NCBI GenBank assembly: GCA_051942205.1
Contig: JAVECO010000130.1
Span: 46,225 to 66,224, forward strand
Length of the DNA: 20,000 bases
Source: Coniocarpon cinnabarinum
Taxonomy: Eukaryota
Direction of reading: 5' to 3'
Below the pieces are notes generated by a model, which saw only the letters and a list, made by a program, of their open reading frames with translations, made no database searches and was not told the DNA's origin. The translations under genes were made by a program, and so were the position numbers. Shown one piece after another: positions 1 to 10,697 of this stretch. How positions within the stretch are numbered: position 1 is the stretch's first letter; each line of letters opens with the position of its first letter.

Positions 1-85
1 CTTCACTAGCGGCCTCCAGCAGCAGAGGCGGTTCGCAACCTTAAAGATGTAGGGAGGATCTGTAATAAGGATGGAGGTTACTCAC

Positions 86-699
86 TACGGGGCACCAGAA
101 CCATGCCAGAAAAACAACCACTGCAGGCACTGGCTGCGCTCCAGATCGTCCTTGAAACCAAAGGTGTCGTTCTTGTCAAACTCTTTGAGGAGGTAGAGGA
201 GCTCGGCAGAGGTTTCGTGGACGGTGAATGCGGGAGACTTGGTGCTATCGACAAGGATGGGAATGCGCCCGTTACTGCAGGGCATGGAGGTCAGCGCTTC
301 ACACGTTCTCAATGGCAACGATGATAATGGTGGAGAGGTGTAGCAGACGTACGGGTCAAGGCGCAGGAACCAATCTTCCTTTTGGACGTTGGTCCCAATG
401 TTGATGACGGTGTAACCCCACTTGATGCCGTACAAGTCGGCCAACTCTTCCAGCAAGATCTGCACCTTCTGGCCGTTGGGGGTGCTCTGGGTCACCATAT
501 AGAGCCCCTTGCTGTCTTTAATCAACGAGGGCGTGGCATCTTCGAAAAGGCCCGGCTTCGTGGCCATGTTGAGCAAGCTGCGAACGGTGAAGGGTCGTCG
601 CGATGTAAAGTGCCTGCTCGAAGGGAGGGCAAGAGAGCGAGATGGGGAGGAGATGAGGGAAGAGCAGAGACGAGGCGAAGGGACGAGACGGGGGATCAT
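86..699 (-). CDS. Glutathione S-transferase (Ure2/GST-II-like); 3' end lies beyond the window start
   Basis: GST N-domain motifs TPNGQKVQILLEEL, QKEDWFLRLDP|NGRIP, ETSAELLYL and QWLFFWHGSGAP. An in-frame 78-nt intron at 352-275 (GTACGT..GCTGAC..CAG) restores LDPNGRIP. A second donor GTGAGT at 85 removes the apparent stop. Start is ATG 699 (with extension) or ATG 567. Confidence 0.9.
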
Positions 700-971
700 G
701 GTGGGGCTTTTGAAGACGAGGAGGACTGCCCCGCGGAGTGCATGTGCTGGGGAGGTGCAGCGATGATGCAAAGGCACAAGGCCATTGTCAATCCTTCACC
801 ACTCGACACGCCGATGTTTACAAAGCAGGTGGAACATGGCTCACGTAATGACGATTCCTCCATGTCCTCTCACAATGGAAGACCTACTCGGCGGCCCAAG
901 CTCCGGCATCGTCACATACCGCTTTTGTCAGGTGTCCATCATTCCCGTCCGCTGTTTCGGCGCCGTGTGAG

Positions 972-977
972 CCGAGG
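972..977. promoter_or_regulatory. CCGAGG (reverse complement of CCTCGG), candidate FarA/FarB-type fatty-acid-response site
   Basis: Exact hexamer in the divergent GST/enoyl-CoA isomerase promoter. The motif is short and also occurs by chance. Confidence 0.3.
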
Positions 978-1119
978 TCTTCCTTCTGCCGGTCTTCCAT
1001 CTGCCATTGGAAACGGCCATCGTCTGCAACCCTCATCTCTTGTGCGCAGTGCGGTGTCATCACTGTATTGATATTGTGCTCGTAACCAATCCTCTCCGCT
1101 TCTGGGCCTGGCAGTATTC

Positions 1120-1933
1120 ATGTCGAGCCCCGTCCAGCTCTCACCACCCGCCCAACATCTGTCCCTTCATCGTCATGACACCACCTCCAACGTCTTCGTC
1201 CTGACCCTTCGCAAGCCCCCCGAGAACCGTCTCAACTCTTCTCTCTGTCAAGAAATCATCCGTGCTCTCCGTCATGTCCAAGTGACCATAGGCCCTGATG
1301 CTCCAGGCGCGCTTGTAACCACCACGGAATCCCAAAAGTTCTTTTGCACAGGCCTCGACCTTCACGAGCCTGATACCAACCCTTTCGCCAACAGCGATGG
1401 CTTCTATCCCATGCTCGCCGCCTTGCTGGACTTTCCCTTCCCAACGGTAGCCTGTCTGACCGGCCACACATTCGGAGGCGCGTGCCCGTTCGCTCTGGCC
1501 CACGACTACAGAGTCATGAACTCCGAGCGAGGCTTCTTCTCCATGGCAAGTACCGTGCTCGTCTCGATTGCCTGCCCCCTCGGATGTTGACGTAGTCCTT
1601 TAGCCGCCAGTAGATTTGGGTCTTCACTTCGATGGTATTGGCACTCTGCCACGCCTGAAGCTCCGGCCTCATGTTGCGCGTCAGATGTTATTGGAAGCCC
1701 ACAAATGGACCGGTAAAGCCGCGTGCGCCGACGGAATTGTTGATGTGATCGCAGCCCCCAGCAGCATGCAAGAAGAGGCGCTTGCTCTAGCCGAGAAGTT
1801 CGCACCCAAAGCAAAAATGGGCGTGTATGGCGTGCTGCGACTAGAGCTTGTTGGCGAAGCAGCAGACAAGCTGAGGAGTATCAGCTACGTGCGATCAAAA
1901 ACAACGGGACGGCAGGCAAAGGCCAAGATATGA
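1120..1933 (+). CDS. Enoyl-CoA hydratase/isomerase (crotonase fold), probably peroxisomal
   Basis: Motifs KPPENRL, KFFCTGLDL and PTVACLTGHTFGG. Exons 1120-1545 and 1604-1933 joined by a GC-AG intron give FFSM-PPVDLGLHF. C-terminus is -AKI, a PTS1 variant. Confidence 0.9.
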
Positions 1934-3744
1934 CACCGCCCGTCTTGTGTGAATGCTGCGCGGTTGGATTGGAGCAAGGTACAACTCAGCTATCGTATTG
2001 CGAAGACGCATGCTTATATCTGAGCTCGTTCGTATCGCCCATGACTTGCAAAGCTGGAGAGCGAAGCCCGGCTGATGTGTTGCGAGCACACACTATTCCC
2101 CTAACTATGTCAGGCTTTGTTCAGCACAATGCAGCCTGTCCATAAGAGTACCAAGTCTCAATCCAGACCCAATTATTGTCGATATTGTTGTGGTTGGCTT
2201 TTCAAGAAAGATAGCTAGTGCTCGCGTGATTCTTCGAGAGCGTGCACAATTTTGACGTTGTGAGCCCAGTTGTTCCCCACTTGCAAGGGATCATCCTATG
2301 CCAGCCAGCAGGCTCTCCATTCTCCTGCACAGGATCATCCTCGAACTGAAGACAGGGCTGATGTCAGCGGGTTGTGATCAAAGGAGCTTCGGAACATTTT
2401 AAGCATTCAAGCTTGGCCACGCATGATGGTAGCCGTTGTCTGTTCTGCACTTCGGTCGACAGTGCATGTGTCTCCAGCGTGGCAGAAGCTTCAGTATTGA
2501 GCGAATGTTCGCAAGCTGGATCCTTGGATGACATGGCCAGATTGTCTGCTGAAGTATTGTGTGACACGCTTGCGAATGAGGTGGAGAGAAAGCGACTCGA
2601 ATCACTGTCTCCTATATCTGCATATCTACGTGCGAAGTTTCTGACTTGCTAGTGGTGGATATGTATCTATGAGGGTCATGGAAAAAATTCGGCACTGGAT
2701 TTGAGTCTAGGCGACGAGCATGTACAATACGAACAATTCGGGTCACAAAGCTATAAGTATGACGGCGAGAGCCCTTTGTGACTCGGGGAACGCTGGATCA
2801 AAAATCTAGCAGCCACCTCCTTGCGAGGCCCTTACTATCATATGTTGATCGGTCCCAGAATTCTGCTTGGTTGGATTCAGCGGTTACCGTCTGACCTCGA
2901 AAGACTACTCGTACAAACCTACAGGGGCAGCTTGCGCGGATATGGTCACGAGAAAGTTGCCTCTCATCTGTGATAAAGTAGACATATACAGGAGAGCGAA
3001 TGGGTCGAGTATTCAAGCCCCCGGCCTATCCTATTAGAAAGCGAGGACATCACCAGGCGATGTCTGGTTTTGAGTCCGAGGTCGTGACTCGAGTTTGCTA
3101 TCAGCTCGAGCCCATCTATATAACCGTGACAAGGTCCCTGTTGTTGCCAAAGACGCTTCTTGCTTCAGGGCCCGTTGACGAAAACCATTTGGCAGCTCTC
3201 CGCTCGGCAACGACAGACGTCTCTGACATGTAGTGAGAATTCAGGTCGATGCTATCTTCAGGTCTGCGCCTTCCACCGGCACTCAAGGAAGTGCACGTGA
3301 CGAAGAGAAACAAGCCCCCAAGGAGCGTCTGAAACACAAGTCTCATTTCCACACTTCAAAGCAGTCAATGCAAATGCTCTCAGCAAACTCCGTCCATTAG
3401 CTCAAACCACAGAGCCAAGGATGAAGTATTGGCTTCACCAAAGCTTACCTCCCGCCACGGGAATCTTGCACGGCACGAGTTGATCATACTCCTGGAGAGT
3501 ATGTATTGTCTTTGGATGGCGATGCAACATGGAGGGAACTGAGAGTCACAAGTCCAAACAATGCAAGATCCGAGGAGCAGACCGTGTCGCAAGCGCTCAC
3601 ACACATTCAAACACACATGCGCATGTTGATCCGACTATTACGACCGGACTTTTGATTGCTTTTTTAGGAACTACATAGTCTATTTTCAAAGCTGGGGCTG
3701 GCCTGGATTCTGCGGGTCCAAAAAGCAAGATCTGGTTGCGTGTC

Positions 3745-3791
3745 GGCTGAGTTGTCTAGGATGAGTTGTCTAGGCTGATTTGTCTAGGCTG
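3745..3791. repeat. 14-bp tandem repeat, about 3 copies
   Basis: GTTGTCTAGGATGA / GTTGTCTAGGCTGA / TTTGTCTAGGCTG at 3751-3791, preceded by a partial GGCTGA. Confidence 0.85.
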
Positions 3792-4182
3792 TAGGACTGC
3801 ACTCAAACACCGTAGAAGTCGCAGTGCTTTCAAAAGCGTTAGTTTGCACGACAGGACAAAAAGGGTATGGGAATATGCCTACCCCGGTACAGCAGTTGCA
3901 AGAGTAGAGGTAGGGCACGCAAAGAGACAACGGTTCTTCGGTGTTGGGACGACAGAGCTGCAGCCAGCAGGGCAAGCGACTAATGAAGTCGATGTCACTT
4001 GGTCTGCATAGTGCTCGCAGCCACAAGTGGCAAAATAGCCAACGGTTACTGGGCATTTAGGTCCACCTTGAGCCATGCTATTGACGGTGTTAGCAGTTTC
4101 AGGAAAACAGCGAGCTATCGAGTTGCATATACGTGAAGCTAGCCAGAGCCGACAGCATGGCAATCGTGGCGAGGAGTTGCAT
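3784..4182 (-). CDS. Small secreted cysteine-rich protein (95 aa, 8 Cys), candidate effector
   Basis: Exons 4182-4133, 4077-3883 and 3826-3784. Introns of 55 nt (GTATAT..GCTAAC..TAG) and 56 nt (GTAGGC..ACTAAC..AAG) keep the frame. Signal peptide MQLLATIAMLSALASFTMA. TATAAA on the minus strand at 4305-4300. Confidence 0.85.
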
Positions 4183-6265
4183 GCTGAGAGAGAGTAAAGC
4201 AAATACGTTTTTGAGAAAGAAGAGTCGAGGTCAGGGTGTATCGTTCGTGTGTTGGCGTGCTTGACTGGAAGGGTTACTTGAGAGGCAATGCAGTCCAGCT
4301 TTATAGCCGTGAGGACTCGGCCAGGCCTTGGAGCAAAATTTCTAAGCCGAGTCAGCAACAATGCTCACAAACGTAAGCCATTGGCAGATTCCGCTTGTTG
4401 ATGAGCTTTGGGCTTGCTGACTCCTAACGGTGGGTCGCAAAAATTGCCTATGACAATATTGAAATCTTTGAATGGGTAAGTTGGCTTACCAAACGAGCAA
4501 GCTGCAGATGTTCAGCACAGTCTTTTCAGGCTAGAACCGCTCGCAGACAATTAATGTTATGTCATATAAATGTTGCCTACACCGCCTCGGACACCACGCG
4601 CCTTGCGAGTACTGATATGACTTCCAGCATCAGGGGAATGTTCGGACGGACTCATCAAGTCCAGTTATATGCTCTTGCGAGCCAGACTCGCCAAGCCAAA
4701 CGCATCAGTCGTCCCGTAACGAGGACGTAGAAAGGTTGAAACCCGTTGGAAATCTGCAAGGTACCGTTCTAGGGCACGAATCAATCCAATATTCCCAGGA
4801 GCTCTACGTCAAAAGCGGGAAGGGAGCCACGGAGAGTTGTCAGCACAACAGCGTGCCGGCCACGTTAAGTTCGGCGCAATGACTAGCCCAGGCCAAGATC
4901 CGGGGCGACATTGCCTTTCCAACGACTCCTCCGATGACCGCACTAGAGCTGTGTCGAATTCGATCGAATCACATTGAGTTTGCGACAGGAGATTGACATG
5001 ATGTCGGACGAATCTTCAAGACATGGAAGAAACGAGAAGCTTGGTTGACGCCTGGCAGGTGGTTCGTGACGGCACAGCGTTTGTGCACGCAGGAAACTAG
5101 GCTTGGAGCTAGCTTTGGAGCGCGGAGGATCCGACAAGAACGGGCGTGGAAAGGCTGTCAAAGAACCGGGGACTAAGCGCAGGGTGATTCCACCATGACA
5201 CGAAGGCAGGCTATTGTGCGACCCAATCATACTGACTGGACCGTGGGCACAAAATCGAAGAGCAAGTGAATGCGAAGCCTCCGTAAAACGATTGGATATG
5301 TTGACCGATTGCACGGTTCCCACCTACATCAAGTACAGCGTACATAGCTGGACGGTCGCAGCACGCTGTGTCTTGCTGCAGAGAGGCGACCGGTTCGGCT
5401 GACACGGCTGGCATACGGATGCGCACGGCTCCTTTGTTGCTCAGAAGCGGTAGGGCAATACCTGAACGCCGCCTTCCCTGCACTTTTCCTAAAATTAGAG
5501 GAGTTGACGTCAACTAAAGGGGCTGACGCTCTGCGTCTGTGATGAGTTGAGGAGGATGTCGGGAAAGCTGACGTTGTCCGCGCAGGCGGTCATTCACTCA
5601 TATCGAGCTGGGAAAGCAGGCAAGCACGCACAGTGGGACAGCAAGGAGATGCCACGTGATAGGCTTCGACAATCTGCCAGGATAGGCAGTCGATGAAGTA
5701 AATCTGCACCTGCCTCACGGATGGAACACCGACATGCTTGGAATTGGGTGAAGCGCCGGCTGCTCACGTGGCTGAGATGACGGACCATCGCAGAGTTTGG
5801 ATGAAACGAGGCTTAGCGGCTGGGCGCGGAGCTAGGGTGCCTCAGTGTAGCACTCGTGGCACCTCACGCACGCTCGTCTAGAGGACCAATTACGTGAGGT
5901 CGTGGTGTACGCTGGCGAGATAGACAGAGAAAGCACACCCGATGACTCCACTCTAGGCATTCTTGCCTCGTGCTTCTTCGATGATCCTGCGCCACAATGT
6001 CGTGATCTCCTCTCGACTCTCCTCCACCTCGCCGCACCTCACCACGTCCGCTTGCTTGATAAACCCATCAAGACATGCTGACGCACAATCCATCGGAGAA
6101 CCTTGGTGGCTGAGCAGGTCTAGAGACGACCTCTTTCGATAGGGCGAGTCAACGCACCAAGTCCGGTCATTTTCCAAGCAGCAACGCTTTGGAGAAAGAC
6201 TCTGGACCGTTCTGAGGGTCGTGCAGCCGTTGCGTCAGCTCGGCATCAGCCTCGTCACAGCGAAT

Positions 6266-7339
6266 ATGCAAGTCTCACATTTCCATCGCCATTGTCTTCT
6301 CTCCAATTGATACAGTCAATAACATTCTGCATCAAGGTCAAACTTCGGAGCTGAGTTCCTAAATCATCTCTCGCCGCCCGGCGCCACCCTCTCTCACTAC
6401 GACCGCACCAAGCATCACGATGCTCAGCCCAAGGCAACCTATGCTGCGTTTGAGCCGCCGCAGACGTTCCTCGACGCCATGTCCATTCGTGAAGCTGTCT
6501 TCGTCGAAGAGCAGAAGGTTCCGATCGAGAACGAATACGATGCCGATGACCGCAGAAGCCATCACTGGGTGACGTACGCGTCCGTTTCTCGCCCAACCAA
6601 CCGTGGTAGCGTGGCTTCTTCGGGCGACCTGGAACCTTTGGACAGCTCCCGCAAACCGTCCAAAGAGGAGGAGCGCCGCCGTTCGCAGCCCACGAGCACG
6701 AAGCTGGCCGTGGGCACAGTCCGTCTTGTTCCCCCACCCCATGCACCTCATCCGGCTCCAAACTCTCACCATAAGATCGATAACGCCGAGGCTGCTTCCC
6801 CAGACCGCCCCACTGAAACTACTGCCCCAGCTGCAGCACTCGCCAAGTCTCACGAGAAGCCCTACGAAGTCCCCGGCTTTGGCATCATTGATCCGAAAGA
6901 GCCCTATCTCAAACTTGGTCGGCTTGCAATCCTGCAGCCATACCGTCGTTTGGGCATGGGCCGCATGCTCTTGGAAGCCGCCCTAGAGTTCGCTGGGCAG
7001 CATCCAGCAGATGTCATGCCGCCCCCACCTACTGGCGCAGAACGTGAGCGTCAAGCCGAACACTACCGGAACAACTCTGACCCAACCATGGGGTCGCCCG
7101 TAGCTTTGGCTCTCAGCAACACGCACGATATCGACGATTGGGCCCTTGGCAGCGGGGAACCCGTTTACGATGGCGGACCATGGAAGGGCTTGGTGCTAGT
7201 TCACGCTCAGAAGCATCTTGAAAAGACGTACGCCAAGTGGGGGTTTGTCCGCGACGACGCGCTTGGGGTCTGGGATGAGGAGGGAATCGATCACATTGGC
7301 ATGTGGCGCCGCGTATTCGTCGTGGACCAGCGTGGCTGA
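6266..7339 (+). CDS. GNAT-family N-acetyltransferase
   Basis: Motifs IREAVFVEEQKVP, KLGRLAILQPYRRLGMGRMLL (acetyl-CoA-binding motif A), VLVHAQ, YAKWGF and WDEEGIDHIGMW. The frame stays open upstream of ATG 6479 to 6323. Proposed start at 6266 via intron 6268-6336; the start is uncertain. Confidence 0.88.
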
Positions 7340-7893
7340 ACCTGACTGCTGTGTGGTCTGCGCCCAAACGGAAGTCCCTTTCAGCAGTCACTGCCACCAC
7401 CGCGCAGTGGGTCGCCCTCAACAATGACCTGCGAAAAGTGAGAGTGATGGCTTTTTGCACTAAAAAGAGCTGAGCTCTGCTCGCTCACTGCATTAGCGAT
7501 AGGCGTTGTAGGATCTGGAGCGTGACTTATACACATGCACTTTGCACGTTGAGTATGTCATCAATCAACAATAAACTGCCACGTATTATCTTGACCTTCC
7601 AGTCTATGCCAAGACGAAGCTACGCCGTAGCGATTCAACGTGAATGCTGCAGAAAACATCCACATAGTCCCCTCACGTGGGACTCTTCTGGCGTGTCGCC
7701 TCTCGATCCCCAGCGGGCATTCAATAACATCAAGCGCCTTCGACTCGTTTCAGGCTTGTACTGTTCTCTACTACTATTCATTGCCCGTAGCCGTCCAAAA
7801 TCCTTGTGTGCCTGTCCAGTGGTCGCACTGCATTTTGTCTTTTGCAGCTTGAACAAGCTCCGGACCGATGTGGAGGAAGAAGACTCAATATCA

Positions 7894-10188
7894 TCACAGC
7901 TTCGCCTTCGCCTTCTTCGCATCTATACTCCACTCCTCCCAAGGTGGTACGTACTTTCCTTCACCCTTGACCACCTCGTCGTCCTCGAATTTCACGTTCA
8001 TCGGGGTCTTGTTCAACGGATTTCGGTGATGCGCCCATTCCCATAACCGCTCGTAAACTTCTCCCTCTTCGTTACCTAGCGCACTGTCGAGTAAGAAATC
8101 TGGAATAGCCCAGCTGTCGACTAACTTCACGGCGTGCGGGCGGACATCGATCATGAGACCTGAGAGGAGATTTGGTATGGCGTGGACGTCGCGGGCCGTG
8201 ACGATTGGAGGTGTGTGAGACAGGAACGAGAGCCCGTGGGCATACACTGTGTGGAGACTGTACAAGCGAAAAAGCGTGTGCAGAACGGATCGAGCGGCCA
8301 CCGGCGGTGCCGCTGATGAGGATTGTGGCGTTTGCAACGCAGCGTGAAAGTTGCGAACGAGCAGGGCTTGTGCAAAGGCGTTGCTCAGCTCATGCATGCG
8401 CATCTGCACGTCTTGCTCGCCTTTGCCACCTCGGCGGGCCTGCCAAACATCAACAGCAAGCGCGGCTGCCCGCCTTTCAAACGCCCGCACGATGGCAGTC
8501 GAGCTCTTCAACACTGGCTGGATGGTCTTCACACGGGTGCCACTCCGTCTCAGCACAAGCACCTGTGCTATGCTCTTCGTAATCCAAGCGTCGACCTCAG
8601 TCCCACTGTTCAGCCTCCTCTCATCCCATCCGACTTTCTCCAGGTGCTCAGACACAGCACCAACGCGCTTGACGAGCCATCGCGCTGCCTGTGCTGTGAT
8701 CATCCAGTTGTCGCCCTCCACGGTTACTTTGCTCAAATAATCAGCGTTCAGCCCCACGAACCCCGAATATCCTCCAAAACCATGTCCACCACACGCTCGG
8801 CGACAGATCTCGATCCCATTAGCAGCATATTCGGTACATTGAGACTTGAGGGCTGATGACTGCGCGTGCAAAGAGGAGAGAAGAGAGAAGTCATGGGTGG
8901 ATTCGATAAGAGAGCGAGAAGAAGAATAGAGCTGACATATCGAGAGACCAGTGTAGTGCAGGGCAAATGTCTGGGCAAGGAGGGGAAAGAGACGAGAGTG
9001 TACGGTGGGATAGTCCAAGACTTGCAGTTCAACCTGTGGTCCGTCTGATGACCTTTGTGACATAGAAGAAGAGGAAGACGTAGGAAACTGATTCACAGCA
9101 TCACGTGAAGGAAACTGTCGTCGCATCGCAGTGTATCGAATTGCGATGGTCACAGCTCTCGCCAACACCAATCGAGCATGCAGGATGATATGCGCCCGAA
9201 TGCTCGTCAAACTCCCATACACGACCGCCGCGTTGGCGGGTTTGGTATATCGCCCGCTCGCCGGATCGATGTGCGAGTACCGAGTGAGGAAAGCCGAATG
9301 TGGGACTCGGTGCCGATCGAAGAGCATGTAGCCATTGTCCATGGAAGCGTAGCCATACTTGGGGCCAATATCACCAACAAGGATACCAGGAAGTGGAAGG
9401 TGAGTTGACTGATCACGGATCTGAATCACGAATGGATGAGGTCCCAGGTTCACTAGGTCCTTGTCTTCGCTCAGGGAAGTACTGGAGGGTCCGGTAGGGT
9501 CATCATTCGCCGGGTATATTGTCTGTCTGGAAGCATCGACAGCACTGGCAGCGGACTGGGCGGCACGAGGCAAAAACACTTGCGCGACAACGATCGCATG
9601 GGTAGCCGTACGGCCCATACTGCCATTCCACCATTTTGAAGCCGTAACCGTTGGACTATGCAACACGAACTCGCGAGCCGCAACATCATACACGGCTTGA
9701 CATTCGAGGCCTCGCACGTTACTCCCGTGTCCCATCTCCGTCTGCGCATACGCACCCAGAATCTCCCAGCGCTCAATCAACGGGATCCAGTGCTGTTTTT
9801 GATCCTCGCTTCCCTGCTCTCGCACAGTCGTCGCAAACATGCCCATGTGGAGATGGTACGGGCTCATCTCATCCACAAGGTACTCAGCCATGTCGTAATC
9901 AGCTTTACTCCATGCATGCTTTCGACCGAGACGTCTTAAGAGCTTCGCTCTCGCGAGTCCAAGCTTGTATCGATCAGGGCGGGAAAGATGAAGTTGCCAA
10001 TCCTTCTGAAAGATGGGTTCATTTCTGATGAGAGCTAGAATACGGGATTGGCGGTTTAAGAAGTCGTCGTGGCACAGGAGATGCTGGGTCAGTTCCGGTA
10101 CAGGAATAGAAGATCGGGATCGCTCTTCTGCCAACGTTGCCTGTGTACTTGGCGAGGCAAGCTTAAGAGTGGCGCTGAAGTTTGACAT
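7894..10188 (-). CDS. Peroxisomal acyl-CoA oxidase
   Basis: 764-aa uninterrupted ORF with AYAQTEMGHGSNV, KWWNGSMG, GDIGPKYG, IAIRYTAMRRQF, CRRACGGHGF and TVEGDN. C-terminal PTS1 -AKL. Confidence 0.96.
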   Translation of the reverse strand: MSNFSATLKLASPSTQATLAEERSRSSIPVPELTQHLLCHDDFLNRQSRILALIRNEPIFQKDWQLHLSRPDRYKLGLARAKLLRRLGRKHAWSKADYDMAEYLVDEMSPYHLHMGMFATTVREQGSEDQKQHWIPLIERWEILGAYAQTEMGHGSNVRGLECQAVYDVAAREFVLHSPTVTASKWWNGSMGRTATHAIVVAQVFLPRAAQSAASAVDASRQTIYPANDDPTGPSSTSLSEDKDLVNLGPHPFVIQIRDQSTHLPLPGILVGDIGPKYGYASMDNGYMLFDRHRVPHSAFLTRYSHIDPASGRYTKPANAAVVYGSLTSIRAHIILHARLVLARAVTIAIRYTAMRRQFPSRDAVNQFPTSSSSSMSQRSSDGPQVELQVLDYPTVHSRLFPLLAQTFALHYTGLSICQLYSSSRSLIESTHDFSLLSSLHAQSSALKSQCTEYAANGIEICRRACGGHGFGGYSGFVGLNADYLSKVTVEGDNWMITAQAARWLVKRVGAVSEHLEKVGWDERRLNSGTEVDAWITKSIAQVLVLRRSGTRVKTIQPVLKSSTAIVRAFERRAAALAVDVWQARRGGKGEQDVQMRMHELSNAFAQALLVRNFHAALQTPQSSSAAPPVAARSVLHTLFRLYSLHTVYAHGLSFLSHTPPIVTARDVHAIPNLLSGLMIDVRPHAVKLVDSWAIPDFLLDSALGNEEGEVYERLWEWAHHRNPLNKTPMNVKFEDDEVVKGEGKYVPPWEEWSIDAKKAKAKL

Positions 10189-10320
10189 GTCCGCTTCAAT
10201 GATTTTCCAAGGATGGATTCAAGTTCCTATGCGTTTGCCAACGAGCGTTTGGACCCCCTGCGGAGAAATGGGCACTGCGGCTCAAACGAGCTCCTTGATA
10301 TTGCGCTTCGACCCGTACAC

Positions 10321-10489
10321 GACGGCAAGGGCCTCGTTGGATAGTACTTGCCGCCCTGCAATTCAGTCGTTGACTACTTATGAAGGGCTATTACCATTAT
10401 ACTCGCGGGTTTATGACCTGGTTTGTTCTTATCGTACAGGCTCGTTGCCCAAGTTGAGATCCGGCAACGACTTCTGTCCGTGACCCATG
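10321..10489 (-). repeat. Copy A of a diverged ~170-bp duplicated segment (inverted partner at 16433-16602)
   Basis: Manual ungapped alignment of the reverse complement of 10376-10489 with 16433-16546 gives 88/114 identities. A further 26/32 block extends it to 10321 and 16602. Confidence 0.85.
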
Positions 10490-10691
10490 CGAGAAGTCCT
10501 GAAACATTTGGATAAGATGTAATTCTGCCATGAAGTATACGGTTCGATCTCGGCAAGAATCTGGGGAAACGTGGGGTTTCATGTCGAGTCATGCACGCGC
10601 AACCGAGTTTATCCGGCGGATCCCTGTTTGAAGCTTCAGATGCACGGACCGGTGGTGCTGGAGGGGACTTACCTCAAAGGAGACGACTCGT

Positions 10692-10697
10692 CCTCGG
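10692..10697. promoter_or_regulatory. CCTCGG, candidate FarA/FarB-type site
   Basis: Exact hexamer in the acyl-CoA oxidase/acyl-CoA synthetase divergent promoter. Confidence 0.35.

Noticed and set aside
382..1071. 229-aa + strand ORF
   Set aside because: Antisense to the GST and running into its promoter; no recognisable motif.
2364..2652. Overlapping short ORFs, one Cys/Ser-rich
   Set aside because: No signal peptide, domain or consistent splice model found.
3745..3791. Short direct repeats as a CRISPR-like array
   Set aside because: Contiguous units with no spacers, in a eukaryotic context.
3879..4361. 160-aa minus ORF as listed
   Set aside because: It is exon 2 of the secreted protein read through intron and upstream sequence.
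6255..6853. 168-aa and 164-aa minus ORFs
   Set aside because: Antisense shadows of the GNAT gene.
7522..8046. 174-aa + strand ORF
   Set aside because: Overlaps the acyl-CoA oxidase 3' end antisense; non-ATG start; no motif.
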